Positions 1-11,490 of a stretch of 64,000 bases of DNA are shown here, piece by piece. The DNA comes from Antedon mediterranea (lineage: Eukaryota; Animalia; Echinodermata): positions 25,302,437-25,366,436 of the forward strand of contig NC_092672.1 of NCBI RefSeq assembly GCF_964355755.1. Direction: 5' to 3'. The position numbers and the translations under genes were made by a program. How positions within the stretch are numbered: the first letter of the stretch is position 1; each line of letters begins with the position of its first letter. A model generated the notes under the pieces. It was given only the letters and a program-made list of their open reading frames with translations. It ran no database searches and was not told the DNA's origin.

Positions 1-9
1 ACTTAAATA

Positions 10-756
10 CTATCGTCGAGTCATGTTTCTGTGCGTTCTTCCTCCTCCTCCTCCTCCTCCTCCTCCTCTTCCGGTAGAACGTCTCTCGTCCGACACGTTA
101 AGAAGACTCGAGTATTCGTAATCGTTTTCATCATCCATCGCTGTAGAATTTTTTGAATGCACGGTACTGGTGGAGCGCCAATGATGATAAACGCCGTATA
201 TCATATGGCATACAGACGCTACGACGGTGAGTATGAGTAGAACGCGGTCGGTGGTTGGCGTGAATGAAGAGCTGCAGAAAGGTTCGTTCATGTATTGCGT
301 TGTCAAGTAACAGTACGGTATACTGTACGCCAAAAGGCCAAGCAATACGGCAGCGATAACTGGTACGGTGTGCAGCACCATGCGTTCCCATACGGCCGGT
401 TGTTTGTATCTGATCAAATGTTTCTCCAACGTGAAACGAGTCATGAGATAAAGAAAGTTTACGATGATCGTAAACACATCTGCTCCAACGGCGTACAAAA
501 GTGGACGACTGACAAACACAAAATCAATCTGACCTGGATGTCGTTCAACTCGTTCACTTTCGTTCACAAGAAATATGGCAGAAATCAACACGCCCAACAT
601 GTAAAACAGTTTCTGAAGATGCAACACAAAATGATCGTGCCATGCTCGTATACCTTTCAGAGAGTATACCTCATGCATGGCATCGGTCAAAACGCTTGGA
701 ATCTCGGCCAATGTATTTCCAAACGAACGAAGGCTAATTTCGTCTCCGTACCCCAT
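10..756 (-). CDS. Intronless 248-aa hypothetical membrane protein (~4 TM helices, poly-Gly C-terminal tail), probably of viral or large mobile-element origin
   Basis: Uninterrupted ORF in a visibly GC/CpG-richer block than the rest of the window. Hydrophobic segments: LFYMLGVLISAIFLV, LLYAVGADVFTIIVNFLYLM, MVLHTVPVIAAVLLGLLAYSIPYCYL, VLLILTVVASVCHMIYGVY. A (CCT)n tract at ~41-67 encodes poly-Gly. No family recognised. Confidence 0.6.
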   Translation of the reverse strand: MGYGDEISLRSFGNTLAEIPSVLTDAMHEVYSLKGIRAWHDHFVLHLQKLFYMLGVLISAIFLVNESERVERHPGQIDFVFVSRPLLYAVGADVFTIIVNFLYLMTRFTLEKHLIRYKQPAVWERMVLHTVPVIAAVLLGLLAYSIPYCYLTTQYMNEPFCSSSFTPTTDRVLLILTVVASVCHMIYGVYHHWRSTSTVHSKNSTAMDDENDYEYSSLLNVSDERRSTGRGGGGGGGGGRTHRNMTRR

Positions 757-919
757 CGTTTGATCTATTTCTTCTCTATAATTAACATGGAATAAAAAAA
801 CAAAAACAAAACACTAATGGTTTCCAACAAACGCACGCACGCACACACAAATTCTATTTATTTTTTTTTATTTTTTTTTATTATAAATGTACAACGCATG
901 AAAAATAAAAGCATAAAGC

Positions 920-1300
920 ATGTTAAGTAATCGGCGTGTAAGGATAAGCAGAGGCGCTGGTCGCTCGTATACTGTTGACGGTAAGAAACTGATTTCGGTA
1001 ACAAAACAGATTTGCAACAGACTGTACGTTGACAAACGATGGAAAATAAAGCGAGCGCGTCACATTGGGTCAGCTTCGCTTTCCAGTGAGAATGCCATGG
1101 AAGTCGGTCGTCAGATGGACGCTCAAGTTTGTTGCATGGCCAACGAGGAAGTGAATAAAGAGTTGCAAAAGTTAGACTTGGAGTTTATGAAGGCGCAGTG
1201 TGCTGTCACCAACGCCACCGTAGATAACGATGGTGATGCGTCTGTGGCAATCATAGATCTTGTGATGCAGAATCGTACGAGTGGAGATGCGGTGGTAAAA
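920..1300 (+). pseudogene. Truncated PD-(D/E)XK-like (phage/virus exonuclease-type) nuclease ORF
   Basis: The motif order YTVDGKKLISVTKQI ... AMEVGRQMDAQV ... KAQCAV ... AIIDLVM ... DAVV resembles the Y..G...SVT / GT..H / E / D / (D/E)xK layout of phage-type exonucleases. Near 1300, just before the expected (D/E)xK, the frame runs into AT-rich intron sequence. Confidence 0.45.
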
Positions 1301-1374
1301 TGGCATTCAAAAACTTGCATATTTACTGTAATTACGTTTTATGTTTCACATTTAACTGTTTTTTTTTTATGTAG

Positions 1375-2912
1375 GAGAGCGTATTTACTCTTTTCCAATA
1401 TTTACTGAAGAGTTTTGTAATTCATTTAAAGAAGAAATAGAACATTTTGAAAACACAGATTTACCAAAAGGAAGACCAAATACAATGAACAATTATGGTG
1501 TAAGTGTGGCTACCGTAAATGCCCTGCTTTGCATAAACTAATCAAAAACCCCACCTCATATATTAACTCCCCTACCCCATAGAACATCATTTGGTATAAA
1601 TGCCCCTCATGAACATGACATGACTTCCATGATCTACAATTGACCAAGCATTGTGATTTTTACTGTATTTTATCACTTCTTGATATTGATTTTGTTTTTA
1701 AAAAATGTATTTGATTTCTTTGTTATGTAGAAGGATTGAAAATAAATAAAAATAAAATAAAAGCCACTACTATTAGTAAACCTGCTTAAAATTCTCAAAA
1801 TGTATTTTGTTGTAGGTATTAATGAATGAATTGGGATTTGATGACTACTTCATCACACCTTTACGTCAGAATTACATAACTCCACTTGCTAGGCTCTTGT
1901 ATCCAGACTGTGGTGGAGACTTGTTAGACTCTCACAAAGCTTTTGTTGTAAAGTACAAGATTGGAGAAGATTTGGATCTTAACTATCATTATGATAATGC
2001 AGAGGTCACTCTTAATATATCACTTACAAGTGATTTCACTGAGGGCTCATTGTATTTTGGAGGCATGCGTCATGTAAGTAAAAACAATGCCTGAATATAT
2101 CCGGTTATAAAAAACAAAGCAACGATTTGTATAATTTTGGCACTGAACACCATAATTAAATGGTTTACATTCTATTTTAGGTAATACTTTATGACCAATA
2201 TGATTTTGTTATTATTTCATTTCATTTATCTTTTTATTTCGGAATATCATGGTGACATAATATTTTATCCATAGCAAAAGAGAGAAAAAAAAAATCTTAA
2301 TCTAACAGCTCATAGAACATGATGACCCGAATACAATTTTTTAAAGTAAAAATGTATCTATATTGGTGACAATCATATTGTACATATTCTATTTAACCAC
2401 CCTCAGATGCTTGTTTTCAGTACCTGAACTTTTCTGTTCATACACATGATAAAGAATCAAGACAAGGTGTTCTTAATGTCATTTCCTGGTGGCAGTCTGA
2501 AGCCAATCTAACATTAGTCATATAAAGTATTGCACACTAGGCTTCCAATTTGGCTTTTGTATACCTCTGTTGAATCTACAAGTGACATGGTTGTCTTTTA
2601 TATAGCAACATAGCAGGTTTGTTAATTTTGTGTTGTTTTTAACAGCAACGAGGAATAGAAGAACCACAGCGTACTGAATATTGCCACAAACCAACGTATG
2701 GTTTAATTCATCGAGGACAACACATGCACGGTGCTCTTCCAATAGCAGATGGTGAACGGTACAATCTAATTATTTGGATGCGATCTTCCAAAATAAGGAA
2801 TAAATTGTGTCCAATGTGTGATAATAAACCTCAACTTATTAAGACTGTTGGATTCGGAGATGGATTCACTCAACCAGAAAATACAACTGTCGATGTTTGT
2901 TGTACTTTATAA
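1375..2912 (+). CDS. OGFOD2: 2-oxoglutarate/Fe(II)-dependent oxygenase domain protein 2, last three coding exons (5' exons not in window)
   Basis: Exons 1375-1499 (ERIYSFPIFTEEFC...GRPNTMNNYG), 1816-2073 (VLMNELGFDD...LDSHKAFVVKY...HYDNAEVTLN) and 2646-2912 (HRGQHMHGALPI..GERYNLIIWMRS..CPMC). All junctions are GT-AG with consistent phases. The HxD...H iron triad and 2OG-binding Arg are present. Confidence 0.95.
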
Positions 2913-3229
2913 TGCATAGGTCAACAATTTTACAACTCAAATAATATATTTTAAAGATTCTTCTAATGGACATGTGTCTTTATGACCTCCCTGCGACCTA
3001 ACTATGTGATATGTGACATGTAAAGATGTCAAGAATGTTTGAGCCCATAAGGCATAAAGATGTAGCAGAGACATGGGTTTGAAACGTTTTTTGTTTGAAA
3101 AAGTGTGTCGACTGTGAGGTTTAGGAGGAGATAGAATATGGGAAAACATAGTCTCCATTAAAGAGAACTATTATAGTACTGTATATACATTATTATATTA
3201 TTATAAATATATATTATATAATACAAAGA

Positions 3230-3400
3230 ATAATAAACTTTTATAAAGCGCTATTTACTGATGTTTTACAGCACTAAAAGACCAACAAGAATTATTGAAA
3301 AGGTGAGATTTTAGAAGTTACTTGATTTACTTAAGAGATTTACATTGACGGGTATGGAGTGGAAGCTGGTTCCAAACTAGTGACACTTGTGCAAAAAACT
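3230..3400 (-). mobile_element. L2/CR1-type LINE 3' end fragment
   Basis: The minus strand reads approximately LVWNQLPLHTRQ...LLKSHLFN, followed by an AGCGCTTTATAAAAG...TTATT tail typical of L2 3' ends. Confidence 0.55.
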
Positions 3401-3610
3401 CCTTGAAAATAAGCTTAATTATTGTTTAATAATTGTAAAAAGTAATTAATATATTGTTGATGGAAAATGTTTTAATAAACAAACGAAAATAAAGAACTGA
3501 TTGTAAAATAGTTGGAAAAATGTTTTAATAAAACGAAAGAAGAACTAATTGTAACATATTGTTGGAAATGTTTAATAAACAACAATAAAAGAAACTGCTT
3601 TAGTTGTTGG

Positions 3611-4090
3611 AAAATGATAGAAAGAACATAAACGGCCATCTCTTGCAGAAGCCGATTTAGTTCATTGTTGAAAATGATAGAAAGAACATAAACGGCCATC
3701 TCTTGCATAGGCCTATATAGTTCATTGTTGAAAATGATAGAAAGAACATAAACGGCCATCTCTTGCAGAGGCCTATTTAGTTCATTGTTGAAAATGATAG
3801 AAAGAACATAAACGGCCATCTCTTACAGAGGCCTATTTAGTTCATTGTTGAAAATGATAGAAAGAACATAAACGGCCATCTCTTGCATAGGCCTATTTAG
3901 TTCATTGTTGAAAATGATAGAAAGAACATAAACGGCCATCTCTTGCATAGGCCTATTTAGTTCATTGTTGAAAATGATAGAAAGAACATAAACGGCCATC
4001 TCTTACAGAGGCCTATTTAGTTCATTGTTGAAAATGATAGAAAGAACATAAACGGCCATCTCTTACAGAGGCCTATTTAGTTCATTGTTG
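3611..4090. repeat. 60-bp minisatellite, 8 near-identical copies, overlapping the GST stop codon and 3' UTR
   Basis: Unit AAAATGATAGAAAGAACATAAACGGCCATCTCTTRCAKAGGCCTATTTAGTTCATTGTTG repeated in exact 60-nt register. Confidence 0.98.
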
Positions 4091-7000
4091 GCAAACTGCT
4101 TTCAGTGGTTTATTCAATTCATCGTAATCTGGATTCAATTTGTCTTCTACACGTTTCATCCAGTCAGCAATTTCCGGCTGGTTCTTCAGTAAACCTTTAC
4201 CAGATGGACAGGCCAACGGTTGAACAACCTGGAAGAATTTAAAAAATACTACTATTATAATGAAATATTTTAATTGGAACGAATGAAATTTGTTCTTACT
4301 AATGCATGCACTAATCATGTAACATAAACTCAAAATATTAAGAATTTCGTTTTTTTTTTATCGATATATGTTTCGGGTTGATGAATAAACAACGATATGC
4401 ATCTTATAAAATCAAACAATGCTCCTCAGAAGGTTGTCCGTTAATCGTTGATGAATAAAGAGCAATAGGATTATTTGGACAATGGGAATGTATCGCATAA
4501 ATCAAACATTGCTCCTTTAAAAGTTTGTCTGTTGAACGTTGATGAATTATAGTCAGGCAGCATTTGTATTTTACTTCATATATTTAGCCAAGTTTGATTT
4601 TTCACTTTTAAGTGATCAAGGACATCACAACGAACAACTTCCAACTTGTTGTCCAAATTCTAAACGCGTTTTTCATTCGCTGGGGGCGCTTTTTCAAAAT
4701 GGCCGCTTATGCTATCAAGTACTTATATCTTGGCAACCACTAATCGTAGAGACTTGGTTTTAATCTTAAAATGTTTGTAAGGTACATATTTCTATTTACT
4801 CTAATGGAATATTTTGACCAGAAATGACTGGAAATGCCATTTCTGACCATTTGACCTTTGACCTTCTATCATCATATATCGGTAACTAATGGTCACACAG
4901 ACTTGAAATTTGTTTCAAATTGTTCGCAGTATGCCTTTTTATATTTACTGTAATTAAATGTTTTGTTTTAAAGCAAACATAAATGCCATATCTGACCTCT
5001 TGCCCTAATGCATGTAATATATCCACAACTGAGAGACTATAGATTTGTCTAGTATTGTTTATAACTTGTACCGGTACTTGTGGTTGTGTTGATGATATCC
5101 CTTGTTCCAAAATCAATATTTCAAATCACCAATGGAACTGTTATAATAAATAAATACATACCATAAATATTGAATATAGTCAGATTACCCTCTCCAGTCA
5201 ATAAAGTTCATCGATATCGTCTACTAGCTCTACATTCGAGTCCTTTGTATTCTCACATCCATCACCACACTCACATGCATCAGTACAGAGCAAGTTGTTT
5301 TTCTTACAACTACAGCGATTTGTTGAACATGAACCATTGCAGGTACATCGACGAATTTCTAGAAGAGCTTTGGTGCTGGTGGATTGTTGCAAAATACCGG
5401 CTTCAACTGACCATCTTCTAGTTGCCAGGAGTAGTCAGTTGCTGGTGGAATAGATGGAGTTGGCTTGCATGATGAATTCCATACAATAGACATGTAGTAT
5501 GCTCTTTCCACGTGTGGTCTGAGAGTTCCCATGGTTGGAGGTAATTGTTGTCCTTCCTTGCCTTTCTGTGAAAATAACATCCATCTCAAGTGTGTGACAT
5601 AATGTATAATATGCAAACGTATCTTTCCATTTGCCTGAAAATCCAATTTGGTATTTCAGAGGTCAGTCCATATACAGCAAATGCATCTAGTATTTCATCG
5701 TCACATTTCATAAGTGCTTTGAAATGGGCGGACACTCCTTTTCCAGCAAATGTACCTGTGTTATCTGCACCTTTAAATGCGTACCATCCAATCAGTGCTG
5801 CTGATATTTGTCGGTAATAGCATTCCCATATAGGTATTTTTTCCCTTCTTTTCCTACAAAATGTGGTCATTGGAGGAAGTAGAGGATAGCTTCCTGTTAA
5901 AAGGATAAAGAAAATATGTCAACATTGGCATTTGGGTCTTTGTTCATACAATCAAAGGCATACAATAAGACCAGTTGGTCCCCTTCATCCAATGTGTGTT
6001 GTCCGTGTGTCATCTCTGACATCATGATAACTTCTGAGAGATTGCAGTTTGCCATCATGGACGTGTGATGTGTTACTAGGACCTTCTTCGTGTTGTTCTT
6101 GAAGTGATTAGGTATCTTCTCTGACAGATATTTTGTAAGTTCAGCTTTTGTCTCTATGTGCGATAAAAATGTCTTAATGTTCTTAATCTCAGTGTTGTCA
6201 TTGACATGGTAGTGAATGGTAGTTGTTTTCTGTGTTCTCTTATCTCGTGTAGATTCTTATAAAGATCCTGATAGATATTGATCAAATAAAAGCAGAACTT
6301 CATCATATGGTTTGCTCATCATACCAACAATCAGGTTAACAAATTCAGATGCAAAGTCAGAAGCATTGTACTTATCAGACACCTTCTTTACCATATTGAC
6401 GACACACATTCCATCAATAATTAGGATTGATGCTGCTTTTTATCATCTTTCTGTACAGGCCTGCTAACATTATCTGGTAGAGGGAGTTCTGTTATTGACT
6501 GCAATAACTTGGATTTTCCTGAAAGCATTATCATTCTTTCATCGGGATGGAAATTTGATGGTGAAGTGCTATTGAACTCATAGTTGCCTATAACATCCTT
6601 TAGAACGAACTCTGGCCTGCTCTTCGCCACAACTAACAATCTAGACAGCAGCTTTCTCTCTTGCTTAATTGAAACTAGTTGACCTTTAATTTTGGTTTTC
6701 ACCACTGCTCCTACATCCTTGAAATAAGAGAAGTTTTTGTTCTTTTGAGGGTCCCAAAATTTTACGGTTTTTCAACCATTCGTGATGTCACAAATTTATC
6801 CAATGCTTTTCCTAATTGGTCTCGCTTTTCAATCGTTTGACTGACATCATCGGAGGTTACCATGCCAGGCACTGAGTTGGCTTGTCACTGAGTTCCACGG
6901 GGATCTCACCAGGCTAGCATTGTTTGCTAGGTGTTAGCGACAAGGCCTAGGCTGGAACTATAGTTTATAACTATTTAACTAAGGCCTCTCTGTACAACAT

Positions 7001-10000
7001 TTATATCAGCATAGGTACATTATTATACAAGTAAATGTATATGTACTAATAATAAGTATGATTTCCCAGCAAACACTGTTTAAATCGGTTTAAAAAACAC
7101 TTACCATTTAAACTCATGAAATCTAATCGGCTTGAACTTTCAGCCAATCACAGGCTAGGATTATGTATGGAGATAATGAGTGGCTTTTATTTATTTTAAA
7201 ACTTTAATTTCCAAGCTTAAGTGAATGTTTTAAAGCATCAATAATTGAAAAATCAATAATGTGTTACAAATATGGATGTTCTGAGCAATCTGTCGAAAAT
7301 CTATAACCAACATGTTGTGGATATCACACAGGTTATGGTCAAAGGTCAGATATGGTTTTTCCGGCCATCTTGAAACAAACCTTTGCATTAAAGCAAATAG
7401 AAACATGTATTTTCTGAACAATTTGGGATAAATATCAACTCTTTCTGACCAATAGTTATTGAGATATGATAAGATCAGGTCAAAGGTCAAATGGTCAGAA
7501 ATAGTATTTCCGGTCGTTTTAGGGCAAAATGTTCCATTATAGTGAATAGAATTATGTACCTTACGAACATTTTAAGACTAAAACCAGGTCTCTACGATTA
7601 GTGGTTGCCGAGATATAAGTACTTGATAGCATAGGCGGCCATTTTGAAAAAGCGCCCCCAGCGAATGAAACACGCCTTTAGAATTTGGACAACAAGTTGG
7701 AAGTTGTTTCTTGTGATGTCCTTGATCACTTAAAAGTGAAAAATCAAACTTGGCTAAATATATGAAGTAAAGTTAATATAGTGACAAATGCTGCCTGACT
7801 ATTAAGAGCGATAGCATGATTTGGACAACGGGAATGTCTTTATCGTATAAAATTAACTATAGCTCCGTTGGAAGGTTGTCCGTTGATGGTTGATGAATAT
7901 AAAGAGCGATAGGATGATTTGGACAATGGGAATGTATCGTATAAAATCAACTATAGCTCAGTCGGAAGGTTGTCCGTTGATGGTTAATGAATAGCCTAAT
8001 GAACGATACTTGATTCAGACAGTGGAATGTATAGTACATTATGTACAACCAGGGAGTTGTAAAATAAGTTATTTTACAACTCCCTGGTGGTACAACTATG
8101 GAGGAAAATGATCAAAATTTCGAATCACTTATTTTTGTATTGAGGTAACATGCACATTATCTGATTCTGCGCATGCCCAACCAAAATATTAACCACAACC
8201 TAAACTTCTTTTAAATCTAGTGATTACCTCACAAATAGCAAACAAGTCAGCAACAGATATCTCGTCTCCACACAAGAACCTCTTTCCTTTGAGAAATAAC
8301 CTATTTATCTTGCCGATGGACTCTTCAGCTTCTTTGACAAACTTGTCGACTGCCTCCTGATCTTTTGGTTTCCCGGTACGTTTTGGAACAAATATCTGTA
8401 TACAAATATAACAGTGGTCTTATTTTGACTAGTTGTGTAGGTTTTAAGTTGCTCCCGTATATCTCATTATTCTAGCCGTCCTTTTTGTAACTGGCGTTTT
8501 TATAGTTGCATGAGTTATGTATGTTTTAAACTTTACTTTTAAATAATTATGATATCGGATATCTAACTTTTCTAGAGACTTCTTCTTCTAAAAACTCAGA
8601 TGTCTTCTTTAGATCTACAAAAGTCGGATATCTTTTTTGATAGATGACCGTAATGTTAGTTTTGCGTCTTCATACCACACATTCTTAGCAGCATAACATT
8701 GAAATGAAACATTACATTGTTATTTACCTCATTCACCATCACGTTAATTCCGGCTTTCCTAATACCTGTATGCTGCCAGGCTAAGTAGGCATCAATCTGA
8801 GCCCGAGTCTCAATATTTTTAGGATACCAATGATCTGCTACGTTGTATTTTGCCGCCAGATATCTCACTATTGCAGTACTACAAAGAAACAAACCAGAAT
8901 TCAAAAGGGCCTTATTATTTATAGACTGTCGTTACCAAGTTTAAAATGTTTAGGCCTATATAGATGTGGGAAAGTGTTCGTTAGTGACCAATATGTTGTC
9001 AACTTGTAATTTCTGTGTTGTATCACCTGCAATTAGGGGATATTGGAAAAAATGATTCATGAAATTGAAAAAAAAAATACTTCTTCGCACTTGCTTTATT
9101 CTTTACAATGTAGCCTACATGGTTGGACAAGGGGAGTAAGGCATACCTTTCTCCAAGTGTGAAATCACCATCTTTAATTGCTGGTACTGACTGAGCTGGC
9201 TGGATTGCAGTGTATTCCGGCATTCTATGCTCACCTGTCAAACAACATTATACGTTATTATTTTCTACAGTATACAAAATGTCTAATACAATTTTTGAAA
9301 ATAATTAAACTTTAAGACAGTGGACTACATTCAGTCAATAAAGGCTCATTATACTAGGACGATTACAAAGGTAAATATACATTTTCCTATTTTTCTATTT
9401 TCGTCCAATTAAATGACGTCATGATCGTTCGTAGTATACCCGGACCTTATATTACCGTCGTTCGTTATTGTTCGTAGTATAACCGGACCTTTTATTATCG
9501 TCGTTCGTTATCTTTCGTAGTATAACCGGACCTTATATTATCGTCGTTCGTTATCTTTCGTAGTATAACCGGACCTTAAATCACGACGAATTATATTCTG
9601 GACAACCTACTGTACTGTAGTAAATGTATGAATAATTATACAATGAAATGAATGTTTAAAATTACAATATTCTGTTTGCTGATTCTTTCCACAATTTTGA
9701 TTATCCTTGAGATAACAAATATTTAGTGGCTCTGAAATGTTGACTATTATTAAAAACCACAGCAAAGGGACCTGTAACATCGGTAATTAGACCTATAATA
9801 TTTGTAGACCTGATTATCAAACCAGGCATACTATAGTGTTTTCATTGTATACCTTGTTCCTATGAATAAATGAAAATCACTGACTCAAGCATGATTAAGC
9901 AAATTTGTCTGGGTATTTTTAGAAACTCTATATATAAATATTTCATGTGCACATGTTTATTCACATAATGGAGGTGAGGAGATCTTGGTCTTGGTCTTGG

Positions 10001-10480
10001 ACGCATAGTGAAGGGGTTGTTATTTTTTCCCCTCTCCGTCATCACTCTGATTCAGGATTTTTAAGGTGGTCAACTCATTTTTTATTCCCTTTTTTTTTTA
10101 GCTGAGAAATGCTACGATAACTTGGAATGTGATCTATTAGAGTGCTGTTTCTAAAAAATATGTTTCACTTGCCAAGGCAGCATACATGGGATGGGGGAGG
10201 GGGTAGATGTGCTAGGGGATAGTTGTCCTATGGGTAATTGTCCGGTTTGTAGTTGTCCTATGGGGGTAACTGTCCGGGTAGTTGTTCGGGTGGTAATTGT
10301 CTAGGAAGTTGTCCGGATACCTTTAAAACAACAGCAATTTTAATAGTGACTAAAATAAAAAAGCATACCTTTTGCCAAGTCGATGACTTTCTCATGGTAG
10401 GGTATCTTGTTATATTTGCAAAACAATACTACGGCACGACTAGGTTGAGATAATGGATTATAGTACACTGTTAAAGCCAT
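4082..10480 (-). CDS. GSTT: Theta-class glutathione S-transferase, 5 exons, ~221 aa
   Basis: Exons (minus strand): 10480-10369 (MALTVYYNPLSQPSRAV; catalytic Ser11), 9234-9147 (..VPAIKDGDFTLGES), 8878-8728 (TAIVRYLAAKY..DHWYP..YLAWQH), 8395-8228 (..FLCGDEISVADLFAICE), 4228-4082. All GT-AG. Exon sizes 112/88/151 match my recollection of vertebrate GSTT1. Confidence 0.95.
4375..4549. repeat. ~70-90 bp degenerate tandem repeat, left half of an array split by the Academ insertion (continues at 7802-8030)
   Basis: Motif GTTGATGAATAAAGAGCRATAGGATKATTTGGACAATGGGAATGTATCG...GAAGGTTGTCCGTT occurs on both sides of the element. Confidence 0.8.
4550..7801 (-). mobile_element. AcademX-type DNA transposon, internally deleted, in GST intron 4
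   Basis: ~315-bp TIRs (4550-4864 and 7477-7801) with 5'-TAG...CTA-3' termini and a 3-bp TSD TTA (4547-4549 and 7802-7804). The internal remnant encodes XPG/FEN1-like motifs and a Cys-rich finger, the hallmarks of AcademX. Confidence 0.88.
5198..6870 (-). pseudogene. C-terminal remnant of Academ transposase (XPG-like nuclease + CXC/Cys8 finger), frameshifted
   Basis: Fragments: HTLDEGDQLVLLYAFD (HEEAD-like), FKGADNTGTFAGKG (H3TH GCD-like), QLPPTMGTLRPHVERAYYMSIVW and CTCNGSCSTNRCSCKKNNLLCTDACECGDGCEN. Multiple frameshifts and stops; the N-terminal DDE part is missing. Confidence 0.85.
9425..9580. repeat. ~43-bp tandem repeat, ~4 copies
   Basis: CGTAGTATAACCGGACCTTATATTATCGTCGTTCGTTATCTTT repeated. 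Confidence 0.85.
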
Positions 10481-11490
10481 CTTTAGCTTTAGTAGAACAA
10501 TTTAATTGTACAGTATTATCAGGGAGTTGCAACTCTCTGGTATTATCAAGTGACTGGAGCGGCTGGCGGCTGCAATGCTAATGTCAACAAACTTCGTGCA
10601 AAGAGTCAATTGAATATCATTCATGAGCGTGATCTGATTATTCAACCATATCAACTTCTTTTGTACATTTGACCTTGTCATCTCCTTCCGTTTTTCACAA
10701 ATAAGAGAGCCTAAATAATGCTATAGAAGTTTGTTTGAATTAACAGTTACGGTTGTGTAATTGTAAAAAAAAATTGTCGTCATAATTATTTATATTTGTT
10801 TTATACATTATTACCGTATCGTTATAGTGGAGGTCATGCATTGTTAAATGTGGGCTCTTATTAGGCTCTGTTTTCGCTGCAAAAAAAAAAAACAACAAAA
10901 AACAAAAAAACAAAAACTAATGGTTAAAAACGTGTGATTGTAAATAATTACCATCACATTTCTTTCCTTGCAACGTTGAGAGATTTTAAAAGACTTGCAC
11001 TCCCATCGGACTATAAACATGCCCCATAATAACAATCACCCATTAAGGTAACAGTTTTAACCACTAACGTAACCAACTTCATTAACCACGTAACAAACTT
11101 AACCATTAACTTAACAAAGGGTAACTACTAACGTAACAACTGTAGAAAATTCGTGTAAGTTAAACATCTTATTTTTAACTTCAGTTTCCGTCCGTGTGTG
11201 TTTGTCTATTCTCTATCAAAAAGTGTCCAGCCATTGAAGTTTAAAGTCACTGGACAGACAGACATTATACAAATGGAAATGGAACGGCTTCATCACAATA
11301 AGGTTTCCATACGAAAATAATGGGTTTCTTACGGATATAACATTTATTGCCCGCCGGACTAAGACAGATAATTCATAATAGGCTGAAGTTTTATGATTGA
11401 AATTTAATTTTCAGCTGTAAATCAACACACCATACGTCTAAAGATCAACACATTGAAGGATCGATACACCAACGTTGTCAGTATGATATA

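Noticed and set aside
295-795. 166-aa plus-strand ORF
   Set aside because: Antisense shadow of the 248-aa ORF with no recognisable features.
3472-3819. 115-aa ORF with 20-aa repeats; array superficially CRISPR-like
   Set aside because: It is a translation of the 60-bp minisatellite. The units are contiguous with no unique spacers, and the DNA is eukaryotic.
4073-4084. GST TGA followed by ACT AAA TAG as possible selenocysteine or readthrough
   Set aside because: No SECIS-like structure was recognised in the 3' UTR, and the position does not correspond to a catalytic residue.
10190-10320. GTTGTCC/AATTGTCC short repeats giving the ORF MSYGGNCPGSCSGGNC
   Set aside because: Subterminal repeats of a small transposon remnant in GST intron 1, not a Cys-rich peptide gene.
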